DNA of 64,000 nt from an uncultured bacterium (GTDB lineage Bacteria > Acidobacteriota > HRBIN11 > JAKEFK01): NCBI GenBank assembly GCA_963777505.1, contig CAVZQN010000006.1, positions 288,001-352,000 of the forward strand, written 5' to 3'. Position numbers and translations under genes: made by a program. The notes under the pieces were generated by a model. That model made no database searches. It saw only the letters and a program-made list of their open reading frames with translations, and was not told where the DNA came from. Below are positions 28,743 through 39,694 of the stretch, piece by piece; position 1 is the first letter of the stretch; every line of letters starts with the position of its first letter.

Positions 28743-31385
28743 ATGAAAACAAACGAAGTTCGTAAAACATTTCTCGATTTTTTTAAAGATCGTGGCCATA
28801 CGATCGTTCCATCTTCATCATTAATCCCTCACGGTGATCCAACGCTGCTTTTTACAAACGCAGGAATGAATCAATTCAAAAATGTCTTTTTGGGAATTGA
28901 AAAGCGCGATTATCCGCGCGCTGTTTCGTGCCAGAAATGTGTACGTGCAGGTGGAAAGCATAATGACCTTGAAAATGTAGGAAAGACCGCGCGCCATCAT
29001 ACATTTTTCGAAATGCTTGGAAATTTTTCCTTCGGCGATTACTTCAAAAAAGAAGCAACAGCCTGGTCATGGGAACTTGCGACACAAGGTTTTCGAATGG
29101 ATCCGGAACGAATTTGGATTTCAATTCACCATTCCGATGATGAAGCTTTTCAACTCTGGTCAAAACATGTTGGTGTTCCCGCTGAGAGAATTGTGCGCCT
29201 CGGAGACAAAGATAATTTCTGGGCTATGGGCGATACAGGTCCATGTGGGCCATGCTCCGAACTTTACTACGATCAGGGTCCCGAATTCGGTTGCCAACGC
29301 GCTGAATGCAATCTTGAATGCGACTGCGGACGGTATACAGAATTTTGGAACCTTGTGTTTATGCAATTTAATCGCAATGAAAAAGGGGAATTGATTCCAC
29401 TTCCAAAGCCTTCGATTGATACGGGTGCAGGGCTTGAGCGCACTACAACTTTAGTTCAGGGAGTTGAGAGCAACTTTGAAATCGATTCAATTTTCCCATT
29501 GATTGAACTTGCAGGAAATCTTTCGGGAGTGAAATGGAAAGCTTCCGAAGCGACAGATGTAGCTCTCAAGGTTCTGGCAGATCATTCACGCGCCACAACA
29601 TTTTTGATTGCTGAGGGCATCACTCCTTCAAATGAAGGGCGTGGTTATGTCTTAAGAAGGATTATTCGAAGGGCACTTCGTTACGGGCGGCTGCTGCATT
29701 TTGGTGACGCTTTCCTTTATAAGATCACAGATAAAGTTGTGGATCTTATGCAGGATGTTTATCCGGATTTAACTCCTGCCCGTGAATATGTTTCACAGGT
29801 CTGCAAATCAGAAGAAGAAAAATTCAAAAGTGTTGTAGAAAATGCAACTTCGCAGCTTGAAGAAGTCTTTGAAATAGCAACGGAACAAAAAAGATCAAAA
29901 CTCACTGGAAAAGAAGTTTTCAAACTATACGATACGTTTGGTCTGCCACTCGATTTTGTTCAAGAAATAGCGACGGAACGAAATTTTGAAATCGATATTT
30001 CAGGCTTTGAAGAAGAAATGGAGAAGCAGCGCAAAGCTGCGCGAGCAGCCTGGAAAGGTGACAATGCCTTTGAAGCTCAGGAAGTTTACCGAAACTTGAG
30101 CCAAACCTTCCAAACGACTTTCACTGGCTATTCTTCGGTTCAAGAAACAAATTGTGAAATCGTTCAGATTTTGCAGGACTACAAAACCGTTGGAAAAATT
30201 TCAAAAGGGGAAACGGCTGAAATCATTCTAAATAAAACATGCTTTTATGCTGAATCCGGTGGACAGCTTGGTGATCGCGGTGAACTTGTAAGTTCATCCG
30301 CTAGAGCAAAGGTGGTGGATACGCAGGTTCCAGTACAAGGCTTAATTGTTCACCAGGTAGAAGTAGTGGAGGGCTCATTCGAAACGGGGCAATTTGTAAA
30401 TGCAACTGTTGATCCTGTATTCCGCGCTTCGGTCCGTAAAAATCACACTGCGACGCATGTGCTTCATGCAACTTTGCGCGAAACATTTGGGGAACATGTT
30501 AAACAGGCAGGCTCGCTTGTCGCCCCAGATCGCTTGCGATTTGATTTCACTCACTATGGCGGACTAAAAGCGGACGAAATTCGCGATCTCGAACACCGTG
30601 TGAACGAGCGTGTGTTGTCGAACTATATTGTGAATACCGAAGTTACAACAGTTGAAAAAGCGATGTCGGAAGGGGCAATGGCTCTCTTTGGCGAAAAATA
30701 TGGCGATGATGTTCGAATGGTCACCATCGGTGAATTCAGTAAAGAACTGTGCGGTGGCACACATTGCGCAACAACAGGTGAAGTAGGCGCATTTTTAATT
30801 GGACGCGAATCAAGTACTGCAGCTGGGATTAGACGCATTGAAGCAGTAACAGGTCAAACAGCCCTCGATTATGTTCAACAGGAACGAAAGTTAATTCAAG
30901 ATTTAACATCCTCATTGAAAATTTCGCGCGAAGATTTATTGCAACGAATTCAAGAACTGATCGATCGCAACAAAAAGCTTGAAAAGGAAATTGAAAAATT
31001 AAAGACAAAAGGAATACAGACTGAAGCGGACATTGCGCTGTTCCGCGATGAAAAGCTGCAAGATGGAAAACGGATCTACGTTCGTGTGTTTGAAGATTCC
31101 GAATCGGATCAATTAGGAAATTTTGTTGATGAAACATTTAGATCCGGGGCTTTTGCGGCCGTTGTCGCTTCCTCCGTTTCAAATGGTGCCATTGCCGTTA
31201 GAGTTGGTGAAGATAAGGATGCTGCCAAATTGTTGCGCAACTATTTCGCTCCAAAATTCGGGGGCGGCGGCGGCGGAAGGAAGGATTTTGCTAAAGGCGG
31301 CCTGAAAAAGACCACGGAATTGCCACCTACTGAGTTCCTCGAGGAGCTCGTTCAGTTAAGTAAGAAGTACTTCTCTGAAGGTTAA
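28743..31385 (+). CDS. alaS: Alanine-tRNA ligase
   Basis: DPTLLFTNAGMNQFK, RHHTFFEMLGNFSFGDYFK, HTATH, ELCGGTH, GGGGGR. Confidence 0.98.
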   Translation: MKTNEVRKTFLDFFKDRGHTIVPSSSLIPHGDPTLLFTNAGMNQFKNVFLGIEKRDYPRAVSCQKCVRAGGKHNDLENVGKTARHHTFFEMLGNFSFGDYFKKEATAWSWELATQGFRMDPERIWISIHHSDDEAFQLWSKHVGVPAERIVRLGDKDNFWAMGDTGPCGPCSELYYDQGPEFGCQRAECNLECDCGRYTEFWNLVFMQFNRNEKGELIPLPKPSIDTGAGLERTTTLVQGVESNFEIDSIFPLIELAGNLSGVKWKASEATDVALKVLADHSRATTFLIAEGITPSNEGRGYVLRRIIRRALRYGRLLHFGDAFLYKITDKVVDLMQDVYPDLTPAREYVSQVCKSEEEKFKSVVENATSQLEEVFEIATEQKRSKLTGKEVFKLYDTFGLPLDFVQEIATERNFEIDISGFEEEMEKQRKAARAAWKGDNAFEAQEVYRNLSQTFQTTFTGYSSVQETNCEIVQILQDYKTVGKISKGETAEIILNKTCFYAESGGQLGDRGELVSSSARAKVVDTQVPVQGLIVHQVEVVEGSFETGQFVNATVDPVFRASVRKNHTATHVLHATLRETFGEHVKQAGSLVAPDRLRFDFTHYGGLKADEIRDLEHRVNERVLSNYIVNTEVTTVEKAMSEGAMALFGEKYGDDVRMVTIGEFSKELCGGTHCATTGEVGAFLIGRESSTAAGIRRIEAVTGQTALDYVQQERKLIQDLTSSLKISREDLLQRIQELIDRNKKLEKEIEKLKTKGIQTEADIALFRDEKLQDGKRIYVRVFEDSESDQLGNFVDETFRSGAFAAVVASSVSNGAIAVRVGEDKDAAKLLRNYFAPKFGGGGGGRKDFAKGGLKKTTELPPTEFLEELVQLSKKYFSEG

Positions 31386-31434
31386 ATTCAGCTCTATACC
31401 CCCGTAAAGTCATAAGAATGAGACACTTAGCCCG

Positions 31435-31464
31435 TTGACATTCACCCTCCTAGAATGCTAAGAT
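31435..31464 (+). promoter_or_regulatory. Sigma70-type promoter for the transglycosylase cluster
   Basis: TTGACA-18 bp-TAAGAT with extended TG. Confidence 0.6.
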
Positions 31465-31543
31465 TTACGAGCCTGATGAACTCAGACAAATATGAATTGG
31501 GGACTTGTGTCTCTGTATTTTGGGACTTTAGTTTAACTGAATT

Positions 31544-32248
31544 ATGAAACAATTCTACAATTTTGCCTTTTTGGCTGTGCTTATGTTTTCAGGATTCTCT
31601 TTTGCGGATCCAGTTCTTTTCAAAATCGATGCAAAAGGCAATAAAGTCTTTTACAATAACCCGCCAAAAATTAAGTCGAATCGTTTGACTGAAGGCGGGC
31701 AAGTAGCCCTTGGATATTCGAATAAAGTCGCGCTTTATTCGGATCTTATTCAAACAATTTCTGGACGTCACGGAGTTGATCCGGAATTGGTTAAAGCTGT
31801 CATTCAGGTAGAGTCGAACTATAATGATCGTGCCGTATCTCATAAAGGAGCCATGGGGCTTATGCAATTGATGCCAGCAACTGCGGCAAGATATGGAGTC
31901 GTTTCCGCCTTTGAACCATCACAAAACATTGAAGGCGGAGTACGATATTTAAAAGACCTTCTACAACTTTTCAATAACGATATTCGACTCACTGCAGCAG
32001 CTTACAATGCCGGTGAAAATCGCGTGATACGTCTTAACGATGTGCCAAACTTTTTAGAAACTCAAAATTACGTTCGTAAGGTTTTAGCTCTTTATAAAGG
32101 GGATATGAAATATACTCCATTTTCAGGAGGCCCCGGTCGTTTAAAGACAGCAACCTATTACAAGTGGATAGATACTAAAGGTGTAACGCACTATTCAACG
32201 AAAGCGGTTGCCAATGCGACAAAAGTGAGTTTCTCCTATTCATGGTGA
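31544..32248 (+). CDS. Lytic transglycosylase (SLT domain) with DUF4124-like motifs
   Basis: AVIQVES, GAMGLMQLMP, AAYNAG, ETQNYV; YKWIDTKGVTHYS. Confidence 0.9.
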   Translation: MKQFYNFAFLAVLMFSGFSFADPVLFKIDAKGNKVFYNNPPKIKSNRLTEGGQVALGYSNKVALYSDLIQTISGRHGVDPELVKAVIQVESNYNDRAVSHKGAMGLMQLMPATAARYGVVSAFEPSQNIEGGVRYLKDLLQLFNNDIRLTAAAYNAGENRVIRLNDVPNFLETQNYVRKVLALYKGDMKYTPFSGGPGRLKTATYYKWIDTKGVTHYSTKAVANATKVSFSYSW

Positions 32249-34413
32249 AAGGTCCTGCATCCTTTGACCAGGGTCTGTTTTTGATGCACTTGCACAAAGG
32301 AAAGGAATACTTCGAACAAAATCAATTCCAGAAGGCTCGAGAAGAGCTGGAAGCTGCTTATCATCTCCGTCCTCAGGATGAGAAAATCCTGAATATGCTT
32401 GGAATGACCTATTTCAAGCTAGAAATGCTCCCTGAGGCAGAGGAGATGTACACCGTACTGACCTCCAATAATCCGGATGTATATACGCTCCAGAGCAACC
32501 TTGGACTGATTCGTCTGAAAATGGAAAAGCTTGAAAAAGCCGAGGATGCACTCAATCGCGCTTTGGAACTGCAACCATCAAACCCAAAAGCTCACTTTTA
32601 TCTTGGGCTGTTATATGAAAAGTTAGACAGATTTGATAAGGCATTATTTCATTTTGAGCGCGCACATGCAGATAAGATGGTTCGCAAGTTGAAACAACGG
32701 CTCGAAGAACTAAAATCGAAAGAATATACATTGCTTCCTTTTACGATTGTTGAAGTGATGGAGCCCGAAGAATCAATGGCACTTGTTGATAGCTCTATTT
32801 CTCAAGTGAGTGAAGCGGCTCAGGAATTTCAGACCAGTGTTGCGCCCCAGGAAACGGTTGCTCAGGAATCGGCTCCGCCGCAAGAAAAATTCCAGATAAC
32901 TGAAAAAGAAATTTCAGCCGTTGCTCCGGAAAGCGAATGGAGAGAAGGCGGTGCAAGTACCGGGAAAATGAGACGTCGCGATGTTATGGAAGCGATGGAT
33001 CGGAAAGATGATCGCGAAGAAGGCGAAGAACTCGTTGAAGATACGGCTAGCGAAGCGCAACCCGTTCAAGAAGAACGGATGGAAGAATTTGGAGTTGAAG
33101 TAGAAGAGGAAGCGCCCGCATGGGAAAAAACCGCACCTGCTTTGCATCCAGATTTTACTGCTGAACCACCGTCAGAAAATCTTGCTGAACAATTGATTCC
33201 GCAACCACCTCCTGATGCTTCCTTCTTTAACGCGGACGATATGGCAGCAGATATTTCATCATTTCTTGCTCAAAGCCGAAATGAAGAACCGGTAGTTGAG
33301 GAAGATTTCGTACAAGAACCTCCGGGCGAGGATACAAGGGAACAATCGCACACGCTCGAAGGTGAGACTTATGAAGAAACATTTGAAGAGGTTGCAAAAA
33401 TTCCAACACCGGAAGAAGTAGAAAATGCTGTTACAGAAATGGAAGGCCATGGCTCACCGGTTGATGAACCGGAAATAGAACCTCCTGCTGAAGAGCCACC
33501 GCAAAAACGTTTTCCATTCGAGGAACCGCCAGTTGAGGAACCCCCGGTCGAAGAGCCAACCGACGAGCCACCAGTTGAAGAACCTCCAAGGGAAATGTTG
33601 AGGCAGCATCCTTTTGGCTCAGAGGTCATTGAAGAATCTGTAGAACGATCATTTGCATCAGCATTAAAAGCTGCACCTCACATTAAAGAACCGATCGAAC
33701 ACACGATTGCAATGGATCTTGTTGAACATGTTGAACCATTGAAAACACAGGAACTGTTTCAACCTGCAAACCTCGATCAATTCTCAAGAGATCGATATTA
33801 CGTTCAACCCTTAATAGGTGCCGATCGATTTCTTCTGATCGATCCTCATCTGCTTGAAATAATTATTTCCGACAAACTCATTGTTCGCAAAGGTACCATC
33901 TCAAGTTTTACAGGCAATCTTTCGTTTGATGCGTGGCAGAAACAAATGGAAGAGACTTTGCCGTTGATTCAGGTCAGCGGTGCAGGTGTTTTGTTTCTTG
34001 CTGATAGGCGCCAGGATATTTATTTGATTTCGCTGAACAATGAAACACTTTATGTGGAATCAAATCATGTGCTTGTGGTGCAATCGGCTCTTAAAGTCGA
34101 ACCTCATTTCTTCCGTCCTAGTTCGGGTGATCCAGGCTTTTCAATGGTCAAAGTATCTGGCCGTGGAACGCTTGCGCTAACCTGTCAATCCAAACCGCTT
34201 ACTCTAAACGTTTATGAAGCAATGCCAGCGAACATACCTGCCGATGCTTTGATTGCCTGGTCAGGGCGGCTAACGTGCGATGTTCTATCCGATCCTGACA
34301 TTCACAACATCATGATGCAGCCTGAAGGTACGATCCTTCTCCGCTTTACTGGCGCCGGCGATGTTGTCGTAGAACAAGGAAGCCTTTGGGGCGAACGTCG
34401 TACTAAGAAATAG
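32242..34413 (+). CDS. TPR - acidic Glu/Pro-rich linker - AIM24-like domain protein
   Basis: About four N-terminal TPRs, a long acidic linker with EEPPV repeats, and three C-terminal beta repeats (VSGAGVLFLA, VSGRGTLAL, FTGAGDVVVEQ) typical of AIM24/DUF124. Confidence 0.72.
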   Translation: MVKGPASFDQGLFLMHLHKGKEYFEQNQFQKAREELEAAYHLRPQDEKILNMLGMTYFKLEMLPEAEEMYTVLTSNNPDVYTLQSNLGLIRLKMEKLEKAEDALNRALELQPSNPKAHFYLGLLYEKLDRFDKALFHFERAHADKMVRKLKQRLEELKSKEYTLLPFTIVEVMEPEESMALVDSSISQVSEAAQEFQTSVAPQETVAQESAPPQEKFQITEKEISAVAPESEWREGGASTGKMRRRDVMEAMDRKDDREEGEELVEDTASEAQPVQEERMEEFGVEVEEEAPAWEKTAPALHPDFTAEPPSENLAEQLIPQPPPDASFFNADDMAADISSFLAQSRNEEPVVEEDFVQEPPGEDTREQSHTLEGETYEETFEEVAKIPTPEEVENAVTEMEGHGSPVDEPEIEPPAEEPPQKRFPFEEPPVEEPPVEEPTDEPPVEEPPREMLRQHPFGSEVIEESVERSFASALKAAPHIKEPIEHTIAMDLVEHVEPLKTQELFQPANLDQFSRDRYYVQPLIGADRFLLIDPHLLEIIISDKLIVRKGTISSFTGNLSFDAWQKQMEETLPLIQVSGAGVLFLADRRQDIYLISLNNETLYVESNHVLVVQSALKVEPHFFRPSSGDPGFSMVKVSGRGTLALTCQSKPLTLNVYEAMPANIPADALIAWSGRLTCDVLSDPDIHNIMMQPEGTILLRFTGAGDVVVEQGSLWGERRTKK

Positions 34414-34431
34414 ACCCAAACTTTAAGCCCA

Positions 34432-34457
34432 AAATTCGAAATCCACAATCCGAAATT
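34432..34457. repeat. Heptamer tandem (AAATCCG-type)
   Basis: aaattcg aaatcca caatccg aaatt. Confidence 0.55.
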
Positions 34458-34512
34458 GTTTGACTTGATAATACAAAGTAGCTACCCTTGTGTAGGATTT
34501 GTTTTTGGGTTA

Positions 34513-35898
34513 ATGAAGTATTTGCTGCTGTTATTCCTTCTAATTCTTTCACATCCCGTTTTCGCTCAACAAGAAGTTTTCCCCAATCCATCCAAATTTC
34601 CGCAGCCGGAAGCATACAAAACAAATGTCGAATTCTGGATGAAGGTTTATGGTGAATGGGAAGACGACAAGATGGTCATTCATGATTCCAGGAATATGGA
34701 TATCGTCTTCGGAATTCATGAGATGCCCGAAGAAAATAGCTTGTTGTGGTCTATTGAACGGACGGCATTGAAACAACGCGTTGAAAGCATTCAGACACTG
34801 TTGAAAGAATTACATACAGACCCAACCATTGCTCAGCGTTCCGAAGATCATAAAAAAATTCATGAATTGTATAAAAACAACCATGATCCTGAAAAATTCC
34901 GGAAGGCAGCAGAAAACATAAGAGTTCAACAAGGAATAAAAGACCGTTTCGAGCAAGGTCTTGTTCGAATGCATTTATATTTGGATCATATTAAGAAAGT
35001 TTTGCGTGAGGAAGGCGTTCCTGAAGAGATCGCATATTTACCCCTGGTTGAATCTTCATTCAATAATCAGTCTTTATCGAAGACTCGAGCGGCGGGAATC
35101 TGGCAGTTTATGCCTGGCACAGCCCGCTCATATATGAAAGTGAATTCCGATGTTGACGAGCGGCTTGATCCATATATTGCAACCCGTTCAGCGGCCCGTT
35201 ATCTCAAGCGGAGTTATCAAATGTTTGGGAATTGGCCTGTCTCATTAATGTCTTACAATCACGGACAACAAGGTATGCGTAATGCTTCAAATGCACTGGG
35301 CACATCTGACTTCATGACAATTGTTACGCGATATGAAGGAAAATATTTTGGATTTGCCTCCCGTAATTTTTATGCGGAATTTTTGGCTGCTTGTAAGGTA
35401 ATGAAGGAAGCTGACAAATATTTCGACAATATCCAATATGCAAAAGCGCTTTCACACGATTCGATAACGCTCGCAAAGCCTCTTTTTGTTTCCGATCTCA
35501 TTAATAAATCTTCGCTCACGCGTGAAGAATTACGAATGTATAATCCGGCCCTTCAGTCCAGTGTAATTTTCTCACGCAGACCGATCCCTGTAGGATACGA
35601 ACTCCGATTACCCGCTGGAAAATACAAGGACCTGAACACATTTATTGTACAAGTTCGTGGGAGCGGTGGATCATCGGATAAGCCAACAAAGGCAGTTTCG
35701 GAATCCGCGAAGTCATCTGATCTTTCAGATGTGAAAGTCGCCTGTGCCTCATCTAAAACTTATGTTGTACGTAGAGGCGATACTTTATTTTCTATTTCTG
35801 TGAAATTTTCTACAACTGTCAGTGAGATACGCACCGCAAACCGGTTGAATCATACCGTGATCACTCCAGGCCAGAAATTGCGAATCCCAACCTGCTAA
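34513..35898 (+). CDS. MltD-like lytic transglycosylase with C-terminal LysM
   Basis: Signal peptide, LPLVESSF, AAGIWQFM, DERLDP, SYNHG, YVVRRGDTL...PGQKLRIP. Confidence 0.88.
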   Translation: MKYLLLLFLLILSHPVFAQQEVFPNPSKFPQPEAYKTNVEFWMKVYGEWEDDKMVIHDSRNMDIVFGIHEMPEENSLLWSIERTALKQRVESIQTLLKELHTDPTIAQRSEDHKKIHELYKNNHDPEKFRKAAENIRVQQGIKDRFEQGLVRMHLYLDHIKKVLREEGVPEEIAYLPLVESSFNNQSLSKTRAAGIWQFMPGTARSYMKVNSDVDERLDPYIATRSAARYLKRSYQMFGNWPVSLMSYNHGQQGMRNASNALGTSDFMTIVTRYEGKYFGFASRNFYAEFLAACKVMKEADKYFDNIQYAKALSHDSITLAKPLFVSDLINKSSLTREELRMYNPALQSSVIFSRRPIPVGYELRLPAGKYKDLNTFIVQVRGSGGSSDKPTKAVSESAKSSDLSDVKVACASSKTYVVRRGDTLFSISVKFSTTVSEIRTANRLNHTVITPGQKLRIPTC

Positions 35899-36641
35899 TG
35901 CCTGTTTTTTCGACTGAAGCTTTTGTGCTTCGAACCTATAAGCTAGCTGAGAACGACAAAATAGTAATTCTATTTACGCGCGATCATGGCAAAATGCGAT
36001 TTGTCGCAAAAGGCGCGCGAAAAATGAAAAACCGTTTTGGCGCAGCCCTCGAAGTACTCACTCATCTAAGAATCTCTTTTTTTGAAAAAGCAAACCGGGA
36101 ACTTCAAATTCTGGAACAAGCCGAAATCATTTTTTCTCCGCACATGCGTGAAGGCGCCTCGCGAACACATTATTACCTCTTTTATTTTGCAGAATTAATG
36201 AATGAATTTTTTCCCGATCATGAAAAGAATTTGAAGGGTTTTCGAATGTTAATGAACATAGAAAAAGCCTTAAAAAACAGACAAAATCTTGAATATCTTG
36301 GTCGGTATATCGAATTGCATTTGCTACACTCTCAAGGTATCCTTTCCAGTGTTGCGTTCTGCTCAGGATGCAATCGCCCCTTTGAGTCTCTCCAGGAACG
36401 TCGGTACCTGGGTGCAGGGACCGAAATCTTTTGCAAACGATGCCGTACAGCGGAGAGTTATGTTTTGTTGGCTCCCGTCGTCAGAAGCCTCGATAGCTTT
36501 GAAAAAGGGTCGATGGATTGGGCAAAAACTTTGCCAGGTCCCATCATGCAGGAACTTGCATCGTTGAATCAGATGCTGATCCAACGATTTCTTGGAAAAG
36601 ATTTGCAATCATATCGTCTCCGCAAAGATCTAGCGGAATGA
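35898..36641 (+). CDS. recO: DNA repair protein RecO
   Basis: EAFVLR...ENDKIVILFTRDHGK..VAKGARK, Zn finger CSGC...CKRC. Confidence 0.9.
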   Translation: MPVFSTEAFVLRTYKLAENDKIVILFTRDHGKMRFVAKGARKMKNRFGAALEVLTHLRISFFEKANRELQILEQAEIIFSPHMREGASRTHYYLFYFAELMNEFFPDHEKNLKGFRMLMNIEKALKNRQNLEYLGRYIELHLLHSQGILSSVAFCSGCNRPFESLQERRYLGAGTEIFCKRCRTAESYVLLAPVVRSLDSFEKGSMDWAKTLPGPIMQELASLNQMLIQRFLGKDLQSYRLRKDLAE

Positions 36642-36683
36642 TATTGTTGTAATTGAAAAAGACGCATCAACTTCTCTTAAGAC

Positions 36684-37532
36684 ATGACATTTCAAGATCT
36701 GACATTCTCTTTACAAAAATTCTGGGCCGACCAGGGCTGTATCATTCAACAGCCTTATGATATTGAAGTTGGCGCAGGGACGATGCATCCTGAAACGTTT
36801 TTAAGAGTTTTGGGACCACAGCCATACAAGGTTGCTTACGTGCAACCGAGCAGGCGTCCGGCTGATGGCAGGTACGGCGAAAATCCGAACCGCTTATACA
36901 AGCATCATCAATTTCAGGTAATTCTAAAACCATCTCCAATGGATGTTCAGAATTTATATCTCGAAAGCCTCCGTTCTTTTGGAATCGATCCATCCAAACA
37001 TGATATTCGTTTTGAGGAAGATAATTGGGAATCACCCACTCTTGGAGCATGGGGAATTGGCTGGCAGGTTCTTTTGGATGGCCTTGAAATCACACAATTT
37101 ACTTACTTCCAGCAAGCTGGTGGAATTGATCTTTCCCCAATCTCAGCGGAGATTACATATGGTCTTGAAAGGATCGCTGCGATGGTCGATTCAAAAGAGA
37201 GTGTATATGACATTGATTGGGCAAAAGGATACAAATACGGACAAGTAAGACTCGCAGAAGAACAACAACTTTCGAAATACTCATTTGAGCTTGCCAGTGT
37301 CACGCTGCATTTTGAACTTCTTTCACAATTCGAAGAAGAAGCGAAAAAAATGATTGAAGCAGGATTGTTGCTTGCAGCTTACGAATTATGCCTTAAGTGT
37401 TCTCACGCATTTAATGTGCTTGAAGCTCGCGGAGCTATCAGTGTTACAGAACGAACAGGAATCATTACACGCATTCGCAATCTGGTTTGCCAGATAGCGG
37501 AAAAATACAATGCAGGACTTATCAATGCCTGA
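36684..37532 (+). CDS. glyQ: Glycine-tRNA ligase alpha subunit
   Basis: [41 protein letters not shown]. Confidence 0.97.
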   Translation: MTFQDLTFSLQKFWADQGCIIQQPYDIEVGAGTMHPETFLRVLGPQPYKVAYVQPSRRPADGRYGENPNRLYKHHQFQVILKPSPMDVQNLYLESLRSFGIDPSKHDIRFEEDNWESPTLGAWGIGWQVLLDGLEITQFTYFQQAGGIDLSPISAEITYGLERIAAMVDSKESVYDIDWAKGYKYGQVRLAEEQQLSKYSFELASVTLHFELLSQFEEEAKKMIEAGLLLAAYELCLKCSHAFNVLEARGAISVTERTGIITRIRNLVCQIAEKYNAGLINA

Positions 37533-39594
37533 GTTGATTTTTGAAGTTGGTACTGAAGAAATTCCAGCAGACGACTTGCTAAAACTTCCCGCACAATTAA
37601 ACGATCTCGCTTCCAAGTCATTTGAAGCGAACCGGATCGATTGTTCAAAAATTGAGACTTTTGCAACGCCAAGGCGTATAACGCTTTTTGCAGATCTTGC
37701 GAGCATGCAAAAAGATCTTCGCGAACAACGGATGGGACCGGCTAAAAAGGTCGCTGTGGATGCAGCAGGAAACCCGACTCCGGCCGCATTGGGTTTCGCC
37801 AGAAACGCAGGAGTTCCCTTTGAGAAGTTAACTCTGGTTTCAACTCCAAAAGGCGAATATCTTTCAGCGGAAATTTTAGTCAAAGGCAAAAAAACCGCAC
37901 AAGTTCTAGCTGAAACGATTCCTGCTATTGTCAAAGGACTCTCGTTCAAGAAATTTATGAAATGGGGTTCAGAGGATTTTGTTTTCGGCCGTCCGATCCG
38001 GAATCTCCTGTTGCTCTTTGATAATGAAGTCATTCCTTTGACCATTGCAGGCGTTCAAACAGGCCGCACAACGTTTGGTCATCGCTTTCTTGGAAGTCAG
38101 AAAATTGATGTTGAGTCTTATGATCAATACCGGAAAAAACTGGAAGAGAACGGCGTCGTGCTTTCTTTTGATGATCGATCTCAGCGAATTCGCAAAGAGT
38201 TGCAGGAAAATGTTTCCAAAATAAACGGAATCCTGTTGGAAGATGATGACTTATTGCAAATAATGGCAAATGAAGTTGAGTATCCCCAGGTACTGAGTGG
38301 AACTTTTCCGGCCGAATTTCTTTCTTTGCCTCAGGAAATTCTGATCAACGCAATGCGGAAGCATCAAAAATATTTCAGCGCAACGGACTCAAATGGGAAA
38401 CTTTTGCCTGCGTTTTTCACAGTACTGAATACTCGAACCTCTGAATCTGATGCGATTCGCAAAGGACATGAGCGCGTGTTGATGGCACGCTTGCGGGACG
38501 CAGAATTCTTCTGGCGTGAAGATCTTAAGACTTCGTTGGGGGAGAATCAGAAGAAACTGAGCCGTGTTACATACCATGAAAAGCTAGGCTCTTATTCCGA
38601 CAAAGTTGTCCGAATGTTGTCAATTGCCGATCAAATCATAAAGCAATTAGGCCTTGAGGAGTCGGCTCCAAAACTTCGCAAGTTAATTGAATTCAGCAAA
38701 GCAGATCTGGTTACTTTGATGGTTGGAGAGTTTCCAGAACTTCAGGGGGTTATCGCGGGTCTTCATGCTCGTGAAAATCAGATGCATGAGGACGAATGGC
38801 AGGCGCTTTATGATCAATATCTACCTGCATCTGCGGAAGGTAAAATACCGCGCGGAACTCCAGGAGCTTTGCTATCCATGATTGACCGGATCGAGATTCT
38901 TGCGTCAGGTTATGTTTTAAATATGATTCCAACCGGTTCTCGCGATCCGTACGCGCTTAGACGCGCGGCAACCGGCCTGATTCGCATCATCATCGACTTT
39001 CGTTTGCCAATCGATTTGCTTCCCGTTCTGGATCATGCATTTACTTTATATGAACGAAAGACCAAACTCACCCGAAGTGAAATGCTTCACGCGGTTTTGG
39101 AATTGCTCGAGAACCGTCTCCGGTTTTTAATGGAGCAACGAGGACTTGCACACGATTACTTAAACGCAATCCTTGCAATCAAATCAGGCTCTTTCCTGGA
39201 CGCGTTTAATCGTGCCAACGCGCTCTGGTCTAAAAATGCGTCGGAGGACCTAAAGACTTTGGCGCGCTGTTTCAAAAGAATTAATAATATTATTTCCGAT
39301 CAACCCGTTCACGAATTTGATGCAACGAAACTATTAGATGATGGTGAAAAACGGCTGAACCAGGTTTTTTCAGACATGGAGTTTCGTGTTCAGCAGCTAA
39401 TTCAAGATGGAAAATATCTTGATGCGCTTGATATTATGGTTACCCTTGGTCCCGAAATTGATAATTTTTTCGATGAAGTGTTAGTCATGGCGGAAGATGA
39501 ACAACTTCGCAAAAACAGGATCGCACTGTTACAGAAAATAAGTCATCTGTATCGAAAGATCGCTGACTTTTCACAACTTCAAATTGAAATGTAA
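37525..39594 (+). CDS. glyS: Glycine-tRNA ligase beta subunit
   Basis: [39 protein letters not shown]. Confidence 0.96.
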   Translation: MPELIFEVGTEEIPADDLLKLPAQLNDLASKSFEANRIDCSKIETFATPRRITLFADLASMQKDLREQRMGPAKKVAVDAAGNPTPAALGFARNAGVPFEKLTLVSTPKGEYLSAEILVKGKKTAQVLAETIPAIVKGLSFKKFMKWGSEDFVFGRPIRNLLLLFDNEVIPLTIAGVQTGRTTFGHRFLGSQKIDVESYDQYRKKLEENGVVLSFDDRSQRIRKELQENVSKINGILLEDDDLLQIMANEVEYPQVLSGTFPAEFLSLPQEILINAMRKHQKYFSATDSNGKLLPAFFTVLNTRTSESDAIRKGHERVLMARLRDAEFFWREDLKTSLGENQKKLSRVTYHEKLGSYSDKVVRMLSIADQIIKQLGLEESAPKLRKLIEFSKADLVTLMVGEFPELQGVIAGLHARENQMHEDEWQALYDQYLPASAEGKIPRGTPGALLSMIDRIEILASGYVLNMIPTGSRDPYALRRAATGLIRIIIDFRLPIDLLPVLDHAFTLYERKTKLTRSEMLHAVLELLENRLRFLMEQRGLAHDYLNAILAIKSGSFLDAFNRANALWSKNASEDLKTLARCFKRINNIISDQPVHEFDATKLLDDGEKRLNQVFSDMEFRVQQLIQDGKYLDALDIMVTLGPEIDNFFDEVLVMAEDEQLRKNRIALLQKISHLYRKIADFSQLQIEM

Positions 39595-39596
39595 TG

Positions 39597-39679
39597 GGAT
39601 GCTGGATACCAGATGCTGGATGCTTTACGGGCTAAGTCTTGCGCCGAGCATCAAGCATCTAGCATCAAGCATCTAGAAT
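39597..39679. repeat. Heptamer array forming an inverted repeat (GGATGCT x4 / AGCATCW x4)
   Basis: ggatgct ggatacc agatgct ggatgct ... agcatca agcatct agcatca agcatct. Confidence 0.88.
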
Positions 39680-39694
39680 AAAGGATGAAGAATT

